Positions 49,648 through 63,330 of a stretch of 64,000 nucleotides of DNA are shown one piece after another (positions within the stretch are counted from its first letter, which is position 1; each line of letters starts with the position of its first letter). Made by a program: the position numbers and the translations under genes. Origin of the DNA: Asterionella formosa. Its lineage: Eukaryota. The DNA is taken from positions 1-64,000 of the forward strand of contig NKIB01006075.1 of the NCBI GenBank assembly GCA_002256025.1. Reading direction: 5' to 3'. The notes under the pieces were generated by a model that did no database searches, was not told the origin of the DNA, and worked only from the letters and a program-made list of their open reading frames with translations.

Positions 49648-50116
49648 TTCACTTGTTGTTGTGTGGTTGTACACAACAATTGGGCTTCCAATATAAATGT
49701 TAGAATGGGATTCTTGTTCTCGAGCTTGCGGTGGATAGCTGCTGTGGTCCAAGTGCGTTTATTGAAACGACGAGGAATGTTACACTACATTGATTAATAA
49801 CGACAACACCATCAACATCTCAGCGGCCGAAAAAATTTGCAGTGGTAAAAATGAAAGGTTTATTTTTTAATTTTTTGCTAATGTGTGAAGTGTGAGCTAT
49901 ACACAACCATCATACCAGAAAAGTACTAGATTTTGAGCCATTTAAGTACCCTTTTTGCCTTCCGAATTGGTATTTCGAGGGTTTTCCCGTTTTTACCATG
50001 ACTGAATCAAAATTTGTGTCTGCAAGCTCCAAATTGGTACTCTTGCGTGAATGACAAGTCGTAAATTAAACTGAAAGGAGTTCGTCTTGTGGAAAAATAA
50101 TACATACTACACACAG

Positions 50117-52170
50117 ATGGCTGCTTCTCAATCCCGAGTGTCACAGAAGGGTGCTGTTCCAAAGAAAGCTGTGAAGACTAGGGCAAAGGCTCCTCCAAGA
50201 ACTGTTGCTACAAATGCTGTTGCACTCAAGCCTTCTGTCAAGGCTACTCCCAAGCAAGATGCTACCAAAGCCGTCCCATCCAAGGCAGGTGCTTACAATG
50301 ATGCAAAGTCGACAGCCAGGAGCCGAGATGTTGCATCAATGCCTGTAACTAATCCTTACGAAGAATCTGAATCATAGTACTGCAAACCAGCCGCAATTCC
50401 GAGCAAAAAAAGAATCGAAACCAGACTCTAAACCAGCTGCCATAAACAGGAAAAAGGTATCCAAACCGGATTCCAAATCAGCCGCCACTTCCAGCAAAAT
50501 GGTCTCCAAACCGGAGCCCAAACAAGTTGCTGTGCCATTTATCAAGAAACGGTCGAAAGCATCCTGGCCCCCTTCTAGTTCTACTTCCAAGAAATCACGA
50601 ATTTCTTCCAAGGACAATGATGTGATTAGTCCAAAAGATGATGATAGTACTAGTGAGGCAAAGGCAAGTGTATCAAAGAGTGACCTCCTCCATTGTGTCA
50701 ATCTTGAACTACCTTCTGCTGTCAATTTCGACAAAAGTAGCCAGAATGTGATCAAGCTGGAACTCATCCTGTCCCACCATGGGATAAGGTCGAAGCAATT
50801 TGACCTAGCAGGAACTCTTGGTTCACGTCGAGCAATCACCACTCAAGGTTCAGCTCTCAAGGCAGTTTCAAGGGTGTCACTAGTAACAACACAGCAAATA
50901 TTTCAAGCTTGCTCTATCATGCAGATGCAGCCTACCACCAATTTCGTCAGGAGTGCTTGCAGTATGCGGAACAAGTGTTGTCCCCATCGTCAATTGAAGA
51001 TTTGACGAAAAAGAATAGCAAGACTCCTCTCACTGGGAACAAGGGTGTGGACGAGAGTGCAAGTGGAGGCACATTTTTCAAGACCCTACTTTTGGCGTTT
51101 CCAACAGGGATGACTCCAAGAGAAATATTGATGTACCGGTCCTACCTTCTCCGCCTTTGCCCAAAATTAACATTGAGGGGCATAAAAACATCGAGCAAGA
51201 AACCTTGATCTCCAAGAAAAAGAACATTGTAAAGGCCAATGAGGCTGTGGTCCCAACTCCACCAGCTTTGCTAAACAATGTTCCTAGTCCAGTCAAAAAT
51301 CCTGTTCACTTGAGATTTGACTCGACCGCCAAGAATTATGATTCAAATACTCATGATTCAGCTCTTGAATCAGCAGTTCAATCTGAGAAAGTTGCGCGCA
51401 AGGAAAACAGTGGCAATGCCATTGTGTTTCCTGTTCATCAGCCACCTCCAGTATTAGAGCCTGCCCTCAAACCTGTGCCCTTAGTAACAAAGCACACCAT
51501 CAAGGCTAATCAACAAGGCAAAGACGAAGAAGATAGTTCAATTGTCTCAGAGGATGGTCCTTCTTTGGAATTTCTCAAGTCTGTTCAGAAATCAAATGTG
51601 AAGGTGCCTGCGGTTGACAACAGGGATAATGAGGTCACAAAGGGTTGACTTCTTACACTCCAGCAGTATCATGTCAATCCTGGTCCCAAACCTGGGCGTC
51701 CAACAAAGCGCACCAACAACAACAAGCTGAATACACAAAGCCAAGAAGAAGATAGTTCCATTGTCTCCACGGATGTTCCTTCTTTGGAATTTCTCAAGTT
51801 TGTTGAGAAATCTGTCAAACGAATCCAACCTACTGTCCCATCTGTTTTTACAACGAATGAGGTTATTGTTGCTCAAAAAGAAAAAGGTAATACGATGACC
51901 AAAAAAGCAGGCCTTCAGAAATATTCTATTCTCTAAGAGAATGTTTCCAGCATCCCAGGAAAAATTCTCATCCATGTCCTTGCCAATCATGGCGAGAATC
52001 TTTTATATTCTCAATACACAACCCCATCCTCCTCTGAAACCTCGTCGTCTTATGCTGTATCCTCAACAAGTTGTGAAACCTCTACTAGTACCAGTGGTGA
52101 AAAATCGGATTCCAAGTTAGATGAGGAGGACCAGTCCAAAGTGATTGATTCTGACTATGAATCTGCATTG
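50117..52170 (+). pseudogene. Disrupted K/S/P-rich ORF convergent with the Plavaka transposase (probable second ORF of the element)
   Basis: Successive ORF pieces joined across stops and frameshifts; SKPDSK repeats; internal duplication about 51520-51593 / 51736-51812; stop lies about 200 bp from the transposase stop. Confidence 0.5.
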
Positions 52171-52378
52171 TGAGTAAATGAGTGAATGTTTAGCATCTCC
52201 AATTACCTTACTAGTCAATCAAGGAGATTAATGATTTCTATAAAATTTGATATTTGTATGTTACTTCCCCTGTTTGTTGGCTTTGTATTAATATTAATCG
52301 TTTCCACATCTTTATCTACCGGTTTGTTCTAAACATTTCTTTCATCAGCTCCTTTATGCCATCGTCTCATCAAGCAAA

Positions 52379-54928
52379 TCAAAAATGGAATAGGGATGCC
52401 CAGGCAGATTGCGGCTTGATTTGAATCACCTTACCTGGAGTGGCTCCTAAATTAGTAGGAACAACAACAGCAGGAGAATTAATGCAATCCACGGGAACAA
52501 ACAAAAGTCCTTTGTTTCCATGTCGATTCAATGTGAGATCAGCCCCTGACAGCAACCTTGAGTAGTTGTGCAAAGGCTCTGAGACATATTTACAGGAGTG
52601 AATAATTGCAAAGACATCGGGGCTTTGATTTCTCAGCCAATGATGATGGCAATCTTGAATCAGTGAAATTGATCGAAGACGGACCCAATCCCAATTCAAT
52701 AAAACCATAGATCTGGCCAAGTACAATTGACTCAACTTCTGTTTCTCCATCTAACCAAGCAAACTCTGCCCAATCATACCAGGAATGAAATCCACGGTAG
52801 CTTGGATGGGCATGAAATATTACGTTGTCACTACGAGTGTGGTCGCACATCACTTCAATTTTCATCAACAAAATGAAAGGAAGGAGTTGGGCGCCTAGAA
52901 CTCGCACCAAATCTCGGTCAACCCTATTTTCGCAAATGCTACTTGATGATGATGAAACCCTGGCAATCTCAAATTCACCATGTCCATCTTCTCCAGTCAG
53001 CCAGAAGAGAATATCGAGTACCTCCTGTTTTGGATTTCACAATTCCAATGTCAGCTGGGACAGCTTCCAACCCGTATTGTAAATCTCCAATCATATCTTC
53101 GCCAAGAAACTGACTACAAGCGGTTCCGACCACCATGTTCTCCTCCTCCATTCTCGCCCCACTTTGAATATCCATCACTTCTTTGCCTTCTTTCTGGGAA
53201 GTCCTGGCTGGTAATTTACACAAGAATTTAAGATTCTTTTCCATTGGGCCTCCATTAAAAACCTGTGGACTTCCGAAACAATAAATGTTTCTTACAGGAT
53301 GCATCTGTTGATGAAACTTCGCAAGCTTCCATCCCTGCGAGGTTGTTCTTCTCGGGCATTCTTTTACCAGCTTGGTAAAATAGTTGACAACGCTTTGATG
53401 TTCCTGTGGTAAATTTCCCACATCATAGCTCTCTTTACTAGCTAAACCAGGGATTGTAGCAGAGCATCCCTTCGACTAGACCTTGAAAGTTTCGAATTTG
53501 TTGATTGGTCATACCACTTTGCTTCTTCTCGGCAGATTTTGATTCCAGCATCACATGCCATGACAACACAGGCAATAAGCATCACTCCGATTCTTTCGTT
53601 AACATTTATTTGGTTTTGCAACCATGGATGCCGAAATTGAAGGAACAATGAGGAAGGAGATCTCGGTGACTCTGGTGAAGGAAGAGTTTAGATATTTGTT
53701 GAACAACTGGTCAAACATTTTTCGATTGGAATTACCCTTCACTATTTTGGGGCGCCCGATAATACAAGAATATAGCTCCATGAGGTGATCCATTATTCCT
53801 TCTTGAAGAATGGAATGGAGTTTTTCAGGAGGAACATGCCCATGAACACCAAGAGGATCGCCATCCAAAACATAGCTGATACCAAAATGGATAGATGAAT
53901 CTTTGGCTCACATTATCCAATAAATCGTTTATGCCCTGGATCAATAGTTCCTTGTAATCAATCTGACCTACAGGACTGCATTCATGAGATGGATTGTCCG
54001 TTTGATCAAATGGACAATCACATTCATGAGACATTCTGGTAGTCTTCAGATATGTTTTTTTCTTTCGCCCGCATTGTCCATCTAAACCTTCAGCGCCACC
54101 GAGAAATGGACCAACCGGATCTTTCACATTAAGTGTAAATTGATTGCCCCCGAAAATGAAAATGAGTTTGAATCCACCAGCTTGTTGGACATTCTTGAAC
54201 CCCTCAAGAATCACAGCAAGGACAGCGTGATAGTCGGATTCCTTTTGATCAGGGGTTAGGGACTGGATTTCAGATAGATTTGATGAGGTCAGCTTGGGAT
54301 AAATCCAATTGGCCGCCATGCGTTGACCTTATTTCTTACATTCTTGGTGGAAAATATGCCAAGTGATATTAGGACAGGCTCCATTGTGTACTTTCCTTTT
54401 TCGACCGTGTGTGTCTTGTCAATAAAGAACATGAGTGGAACAAGGAAGTCATTTGGCTGATTACATGAGTATTCATGGGCATTAATCCACCAGCTGCCAG
54501 TGTGAAATTCGGATCTGACACTGGTGGGTTGTGGTGCTTTACATGGATTGTCGAAATCAAATGACACGTTCTGTGCTGGTGACATTAGTGTCTCATTTGT
54601 CAAGAGATTCTTAACCTGATCCATGAAATCAAAACACACAACATCAATCAGTTTTCCATCATTCAATACGGCCTGTTTCATCGCCAAAGTGCAGCAATTG
54701 AACATGAAAAATTTTGGCTCTTTTCTTTAATGACGACGAAAAGTCATCAGCAGGTGATGGTCGAGATTGATGAAATCCATCATATTCTTCCTGACCGTCG
54801 TCTGGACCAGTTGCTGGTTTACAAAACAACTCAGCAGCTGATTCGCATTCGGGGCTATGTGCGTAATGACGGTAAAGGAAAACAAATGGACCCTTACCAC
54901 ATATCAAACAGCAATCGTTGTCATTCAT
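52379..54928 (-). mobile_element. Plavaka-type (CACTA-related) transposase pseudogene
   Basis: N-terminal CxxC..H..H/C finger, SEFHTGSWW, VPLMFFIDKT, EPV.ISLG, WRPIGFIP, PPEKLH, KFHQQMH...FGSP..F.GGP.E and FHAHPSY...WYDWA; multiple frameshifts. Confidence 0.8.
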
Positions 54929-57900
54929 GGTAATAAAAAACGATTCAAAAGTGATTATGTAGCTACAGGTATTTGTTTTATAGAATGAGAAAACAATATA
55001 GATATTTGATCCATCATTTGTAAAAACACAAAACAGATTATCTCATTCAATTCGATATAACACCGCTATACAGCCGTTGCTACTTTCCCTAATGCCAGCC
55101 ACTTGCTAGAGTTATCACTGTTGACCATTTGAAGTATCTAGGAAATAGCTACCTCTCATTTTCGACTGACTACAACGATATTCGATGAACACTAATAATG
55201 TACAGGTATGTGACTAATTTTCCTAGTATAGAACTACAGGTACTGGTAAATAAAACATATCTACCAAAGTTTCTGATCCTTTTCTTTTTTAACCGAATTT
55301 TATTTGATAATATTATCATTGTAGACAAAGTGTAGCCTTTCCGAAAAGAAAATAGTAGCTTTGGTTGCAGCTCTTATTTTCTACTGACTACAATGATATG
55401 ACTATTTCTATGTAACAAAATTCGCACATTCGATGGGAGATCTGCTACAGCTAGATATTTTCCTTGTTAGAGTCATTATTGTAGCGGTAGTTTTGCTTGT
55501 AGATGCTCTGAAAAGTTGGGAAAAATAGTTGAGTTAATTTAGACATCCTATTCAGTGCCATATAGCATTACTAATCAATTGCAAATCACAACATTGAAAA
55601 TCCTGACGATTCACCATGTTTGTCAGATTTTCGTGAGGTCTGCATTGCTCGCCAAAAAGTATACTGACAAAGCATAGACTGCTCTCCAGCTTTTTGTTAA
55701 GTAGAATGTACACATGGCTAGTACAAAGCGAAGGTATAGGAGGAAAACCGTCCGCGCCAGGTATATTTCAATGGAAAGCTGGAAAGTAGCTGCTGACTAG
55801 AACGCAGTAAAGGGACAAAATATCACTTTCGTGTTAAAATGCATTATGCATTGTGGTTGTTGTTATTGTTGTTGTTGACGTTGTCGCTGTTGCTTCTGCT
55901 GTTACCCCTTTGGATCTTATTGTTGGAAACAAGGAGCTGGCTGGTGGTGCATTGTGGTTACTATGGCTGTATACCCTTCTCTTGCATGTTCTTTGCCCTC
56001 AGTTTGAACTGAACATGCATTGTTTGTTTTGAAATGGAAAAAGGTCTTATGTGAGTTTAACCAGCCCTGATCTTACTCTGTGAATCATGTTCTTCACTTG
56101 CAGAAAAGCAACGAGGATTCTGTTGCGGGCCAGTTCTGGAAGAAACAGACAGGCAATTGTTTTGTTATTCCTCGTCAGTAATACAGAAAGGATGCATCTG
56201 AAAATTCGAGAAATATATGGTAAGCAGTTAATATGTTTGGAAAAAGGAGACAGGTCCTGTCTTACATTGTTGCTGTTCTTCCTCTTGTTGCTCTACACCA
56301 TCATGTTCGGAACTTTGTTTGATTGTTGTTGTAGTTCCGCTACCTCCATTTCGTTCTTCCTCTTGCTTGTTCCGTTTGGAATTGGAACAGTGGTCAGTCA
56401 TGAACTTACTCTGCGAACCTTGTTCTTTGCTGTCCTCCAGATAATCAAACTGTTTTTGGCAGGGCAGCCAGGGTTGAACCTTGGGAAGAATGAAATGTGT
56501 CGTGCTCTGTGTCAGGCAGGCTATCAATCATTTGTTTTTCGCATTGTCGACATGATTCCTCTGGTGAAAAGGGGACGAATATATACATGGTAAGCACGTG
56601 AAATGTTTTCTTGCCTTCTGCTGATAGTTTGCTGTTGCTTGCTGTGGATCTCCTCTCCTATTATTATTCGTCTTTGTTCAGAATTGTTAGCGCATGCATT
56701 GTTTATTTGTAATGAATTAGAAGAAGGGATTGATTGTAAGCTTGTTACTTGTTGATCACGAACTTACCCTGCAAACACTGTTCTTTGTCTACAGACAATC
56801 AATCTGTTGAGCGAGATATTTGTTGGGAAGTCAATCAGGCGGCATGGTAAGCACAACGAAAACGATGCCTTTGTAACAATTGTTCATGAAATCACTCTGT
56901 GATTGTTGTTCACTGATCGCAGACAATCAATTGATGAGGGCTGGGCTGGCCATTAGGGAACATGGTAAGGAGCACAACAGAGCCGAAATCATGACTTCGC
57001 AACTTTTGTTTTCTCATCAAGTCACTCTGCAAATGTTTCCCTCTTTCTACAACAGACAATCAATCTGAGCAATGAGAATGAGCAGCCGGCTCATTTGCTA
57101 TGAATTGATCTACCGGTGGTAGTAAAAAGAACTCCTGCAAGTAGCAGTATGGCTGAGTAGCCAAGCAATATTGCGATTAGTTACAGCATCCAGCTGCAAG
57201 AATGAACATCCATTGCTTATCTTATTGGTTTGAGAATCACTTTCTATAGAAAGTATCAATATAAACTATATAGCGAAACGATTTAATTTGCGATTGTAGA
57301 ATATAATTTAAACATTGATTGCTTACACATAATTATTTTCTTGACTAGCAGATATATTTGTTTAACCTTGAGGCATTAATGTGATCAAAGTAAAGATAAA
57401 ATGGGTGTGAACAAACAGAATTAATGGTAGTCAGAGTGAAGAATATTTGTGAATGGAAATGTTGCGAATTGTAGAGAAAAGTAGTAGCGTATTATAGAGA
57501 TTATTACTGAACACATTTTTCTTCGTGTCAACAGAAAATATTGTCAGTTGGCCCCAAAAATTATGGGTTTCTAAAATAATTATGGAAGTTGTCGAAACTA
57601 TTTTAGTTCACTCCGTTCATATATATATTGTATGATGCATCATATTTTTATGTTATGTCATACCCTTAAATAATGTACGTAGCTAGCTAAATTCGTCATA
57701 TTGGGCCACCCAAATAATCAATTTTGGTGATCATATTTGACTAGCGTTTTTTTCTGGCGGCTGTACCAGTAATTGGCGTTGTAGATGTAGATTCTTTGAC
57801 TCTACTATTGGTAATTCCAAAAAAGGGAGCTTATAGAATTAACTTTTAGGAAACCAAAAAAACAAAATTAAGCCATATATGAGTGAATCGACTCATGTTC

Positions 57901-59141
57901 ACAACAATAGTCAAAGATTGATTCATATAGCTACTGGGTATGAGTAAAGATTGATTCATGCTCATGGGGACTAGACTGAAAAGATCATGACTGGGCTGAT
58001 TTTGGAGATGAAAACAAGTTTCAAATGACATATCTGTTTATACTCTGCTCTTATGCTGACATAGTATATATTTACTGATTTAGTATCAAGAAATGATTAA
58101 CCCTACTAATGTAGATGTATAATTAGCTTGTATCAGAAAACAATTTGGAATACCAACTTGACTCCCAAATCGGTATTAATAACTAAGATTTCTTTTCCCT
58201 TGCCTACCTCCCTCATCCCACAGATTTTTTAACAAACTAAACTGAGATCAAGTGGGCAAAATGGCTTATGAGTACAAGTAGTAGGCAGGAAAAACATGAA
58301 GTTGGGACATGATATCCATGTACTACAACGGCTTCCAACCCCTTGAAATGCAGCATTCAGCATCAAAACTCATGCTGAACATGACATGTAAGAATGCTTA
58401 CCTTGAACTTTTCCCCTGTATTTCTTGCTCTATTCACTGTACAAGATATAGCTGAGCTCTCCTATCAACAACAAAAAGTGATGATCCATTTTCTTGATTC
58501 CATGATCGGATTGTAGGTTCAGCAACCATTTTGATAAATAGAATCTATTGCAAATAAGTGGTCTAGTATGTTTGTAAAAGAACAGGGTAATTGAAAAAAG
58601 TAATGGTCCACAGAATTCACTTTCTCGTTGCTTCCATAAAATATTGTGGCATATTACTTGGTCAACTACTTGTTTCAGTTTTCCCTCTCCTCATCTGATT
58701 TTCTTTATAAATTGATTTTCGGAATTTCTAACTTATAATCATGATCCTAAATTCAAAAATCAGGACTAAACGAAATTTGCCATCAATTCATCAAATATTT
58801 TGCTCTTGGAGTGTTTCTTGCTGCTCCCTGTATGCGACAGTATATGGTGGTATTTGCTTGCAAAAAGGATTTGAAGATACGCCGCCCTCTTAATTTGTTG
58901 TTGCCAGCCTCCCTATATTCTGTTGATTTAAGAAGGGTTCAAATTTAGCTTGACCCTTGGATTTGTCCTGTCTAGTGAGTGAACCTAATAGTAAGCCATC
59001 CAGCATTCAGAATACCACTGTTCCCGGCTACTTTGAAAATATTGATTGAAAACTGGGCAGCATGTATTCCTCCTTCCTCAAATTTATTTTCCACTTATTC
59101 GTACACATTTCTGCAAACGTTTGCTGTGTGTGGACACCAAA

Positions 59142-60651
59142 TCAGCCAAATAACTGTAATCCTTGTTGAATATTCTGCTGCATTGAGATTTGCCATCGAA
59201 AGGCGTTTCCTTTCTTTGCTTACTCATGTCATTGTAGCAAATAAAAAGGTCTCATTATAGTAATTGTGTTCTGCATTCCTCCCACAATATCATTGTTGAA
59301 GCATCCAAATGTAATTTGAAGAAACTAAGCAAGCTAGTACTATCACAGCGATCCTACTAGCTAGCACTGGTAAGCATCCTATCTCACCATGGAGGATGAT
59401 GTATATTTACAGCTGCACCATCAACTGAGTCCGTTTCAGAGACACTGCCACTACAACGTATACAACACGCTATAAGTAGATGAAAGAACCAAGGAATTGA
59501 CAAGAAACTCATCGAGATAGACCAAAATGACTTACATCGCTCCACCCAACAGCATCATTAAATTGAGTAAGGCTTTTGACGATGTCCACGCAGTCACCCA
59601 AATCCAATCCAGACAGACCGTTTCCGACGCACCGTAACAAGCTACACAGTATACAACACACTACATACAGATGAAAGAACCACAGCAACTGACAATAAAC
59701 TCATGGAGATAGTCCAAAATGACTGACATCCTCCACCCAACAGCATCATTAAATTGAGTAAGGCCAGTGATACTATGCATAAAGTGGGGGTTGTAGATAT
59801 TGGTGTTCAATACCTTGTATACTGAGAGCGATGCTTGACTCTAATGAACAAGAAAATCCAAACTTTTTCTTCTTAGTGGAATGCACAATACTCTGTTTGC
59901 TTTCCTTAGTATGCAAATTGTACAGGTGTGTTAATACAATACATATAGTATACCGGTGTGTAGTATTACTAATTGTTCTACATATGTTGATATAGATCTT
60001 GGTAATCAATGCTGTTCAAATTCTCACAGCATTTCAATATGCACGCAGTAGTAATAAATCTTGACATCCTCCCTGTTCCAGTTCCAAAAATTCAATGTCC
60101 CATTGCAAATATCAAATGCATGGGATTCATGTACCTTCTGTGTTACATTCTTTGAAAGCAGGTCACTAGGGTTTCGCATGTCTGTACATAAACCAAAACA
60201 AAATATCCATCTTCAGTGTTCTCACGTATAAAATGATATCTGACATCAATATGCTTTGCCCTTGATCCAACTTGTTGTTTTTTGCTCAGGAAAATCGCTC
60301 CAGTGTTGTCCTCAGCAATTATTGCTGGCAGTTCCACATAGCTAGTAGACCTCATCCAATAGATTTGTAACAAATGTAGTATCCTTGACACCGTCATCCT
60401 CCATGGTGAGAGAGGATGCTTACCAGTGCTAGCTAGTAGGATCGCTGTGATAGTACTAGCTTGCTTAGTTTCTTCAAATTACATTTGGATGCTTCAACAA
60501 TGATATTGTGGGAGGAATGCAGAACACAATTACTATAATGAGACCTTTTTATTTGCTACAATGACATGAGTAAGCAAAGAAAGGAAACGCCTTTCGATGG
60601 CAGATCTCAATGCAGCAGAATATTCAACAAGGATTACAGTTATTTGGCTGA
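59142..60651. repeat. 258-bp inverted repeat (59142-59399 / 60394-60651)
   Basis: The two arms are reverse complements with only two mismatches seen. Confidence 0.95.
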
Positions 60652-60833
60652 GTCGTTTCCGACGCACCGTAACAAGCTACACAGTATACAACACACTGCA
60701 TACAGATGAAAGAACCACCACAGCAACTGACAATAAACTCATGGAGATAGTCCAAAATGACTGACATCCTCCACCCAACAGCATCATTAAATTGAGTAAG
60801 GCCAGTGATACTATGCATAAAGTGGGGGTTGTA
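59425..60833 (+). repeat. Direct repeats: 59619-59795 and 60654-60833 (near identical), plus a diverged copy at about 59425-59573
   Basis: Shared CGTTTCCGACGCACC...CCACCCAACAGCATCATTAAATTGAGTAAGGC. Confidence 0.92.
59792..60393 (-). mobile_element. Ty1/copia 3' end: RNase H remnant, polypurine tract and LTR of about 275 bp (60066-59792)
   Basis: EDNTGAIFLSK...GSRAKHIDVRYHFIRE, then GGGAGGA followed by TGTCAAGAT...ATCTACA. Confidence 0.85.
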
Positions 60834-62499
60834 CATTTCCTGTAAATCCCTTGTTCTTACGCAGCTAGTACTACGCCTATCTAAACTACCCATCAAAAAA
60901 TAATATGACTATGCATTTGTATTTTGGTATTCTAGAATAGAAAAACCCTTCTGTTTTTCTAATTAGCTAGAGAGATAGCTTTCTAATCAATCATACTTTA
61001 TTCCATTAAACAACATTGCCACTATTGGCATGAAGCGCTTCGTTAAATGGCGCCATTCTCTTGGATTCCTTTTAAAAACTCTTTAGCTGATTAATCGACC
61101 ATCGACACTGTAAACTATTACAGAATATAACCATGGCTTAACTTCACAAAATGCTGAGCAAACTTGAGTATAATGTTGATCTGCAGCCAAGGGAAGGAGA
61201 GATCGATACTAGCCAGGTACATGCAGCAGTCTGCCAATGATGACGCATCACAGTACACGAAGAACAATGCAGCCATGACAAAACTAGCACATCGCTTTCG
61301 ATTGTCTCTCTTGACAGCGCCAAAATAATCCAACTTTGGCCTTGTATGCAAGAACCAACAATGAATCATCCTCATAGCCTGCTATTGCTCCTCCGCCTAC
61401 TCCTGTAGCATCCTGCCATGTTACTCAAGAGCTCCGTCATTTCTTGCGCAAAAGTGATTCCCCAAAGGCTTTTAGAACTGTTCGTTATGTCATGAGTAAA
61501 ATGCTTATGCGGAATCACTTTTCACCAGATGTTTAAAAAATTATAGCAATATCAGTTATGGCCGCCATCAGTGACCCAGCCATACATGGTGCTTGGTTGC
61601 CGGTTGGTCAATTCAGGGAATGTTTTCATGAAAAGTACTGTTATGGCGATGATATACAATTCAATACTAAGAGATTGATAAGTTAGTTAAAGAAGCTGTT
61701 TCCAAACAAATTTTTGGATCCAAATGAGCTCGATTTTTCTAGAGGCAAGAAGGTGATCATGGTCTTCCGACATGAGTATCAAACGAGGAGCAAAAGTAGA
61801 CAAAGATTATATCTATGGTACAGGAAATTCAGTAATAGCGGATACTAAGCTCCTCCTTAATTATGTAAATTCATCTGTATGCGAGGAGAAATGTATTCCA
61901 TTGAAGAAGCGGCTGAGAAGGAGTGGAAGTTGGGGTTATGATGATCAAAATTTTCGTTATCGTCACAGAGATGTGACATCACCTAGTAGTACTTCACATC
62001 GAACATTAGATAAAGAAATTGCTATACTTAATACTTTTAATTCCACCAGTACATGCAATAAGACTAGTGTACAAGAAGAACGGAAATCACCAAACTGGAG
62101 AAGAACAACTAGAGATGGAGGTTACGGAAAGAAGCAGCAACTACTACTATATGAGTATTGCTACAGAAGGAGGGAATAAAGGGATCTGAATGTTCGACAG
62201 AAGTGGATACTGATTCATTGTACCAATTCGAAGACTTGGGACTGAGAATAAACATCCAGTGAGACAAGAACTCATCATTCGAGCTTGTCCCCCTGAAATC
62301 ACCAATACCTATAGCAATAGCAACAGCAACATCCATCAACAAGCAAAGACATATTTGGACTCCACTGAATCCAAGATAATGTGCCCATTTGAATTCACCC
62401 TGCCTTCAATCAACAACCAAATCTAAATCCTTAGTATGCAAATTAATGTCGCCAGCTCTGGATAGTAGCTACCCCCACCAATTGATTCTGAATCTCAAG

Positions 62500-63330
62500 C
62501 ACCAACTAAAAAGCCAAGAAGACGACATCAGCCCTCCATCCCCACAAGTGTACAATCCACAACAGAAGTGCCAATACATTGCTCACTTACTCTAAAACCA
62601 TGAAAACAAGACCTGGGAATGATGTTGCACCATCACCTTCAAGCGATTAACAAACCAAAAACTCACACTGACCACACATGCATACATTGTCTCCAATTGA
62701 AACTGCAATTTTCGAAAACACGGCTGCAATGCATATCCAGTCAAATGAGAATAAATTCCAAAGATTAGAAGCATGGATTTATGAAAGAATCTAGATTGGA
62801 GGACTACAAATTGCATGGAAATCAGGAAGAGCGAATTTGGATTCATTCCAAAGAAAAGTTTCCTTTGAAGTGGTTCAGCATGGGAAACTATCTTGATTTT
62901 GAGGAAAAGGAGACACTATTGCAGTCAATGGGAAGGAAGAGAAATGGGAGTACTTGTTGACATCGAAATGATACTGTTAACTTGCATGAGAGGGAATCGA
63001 TCATTCTTGGGGTTGCGCGAAAATTTTCTACCATTGGGTTGCTCTGATGAGGAAGAAAAGGAATGAGAACCTCAGGACTGCTGTGGTGCAAGAGAGGATC
63101 ATGGTGTCAAGAGACAAAAGTGTTAACGGCAAAAAGAATTTTGAAGGCAAGCAAGACAATACATACGTGCATACTTCAAGATTTGGAAAGATCTTGTTGA
63201 CAAGCAAATGACAACATGACAGGATGGATGCCAAAGTTGACACAACAACCCATGAAGCGAACCCCATCAGCATTGAGAAGCTTTCAAAGCCAATGATTCA
63301 AAACTCACCACTGTGTCCTTGATTTTGATA
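62500..63330 (+). mobile_element. Degenerate IS630/Tc1-like transposase C-terminal region
   Basis: DFEEKETLLQSMG and SK*YC*LA*EGIDHSWGCAK resemble the PK.HCEL..EGIE..WG.AK third-acidic-residue motif; boundaries approximate. Confidence 0.6.

Noticed and set aside
49783..57763. Termini of the Plavaka element (CACTA at 49783; CAGCGGCCGAAAAAA at 49821 versus TTTTTTCTGGCGGCTG ending at 57763)
   Set aside because: No matching TAGTG end or target duplication found; the similarity is too short to call.
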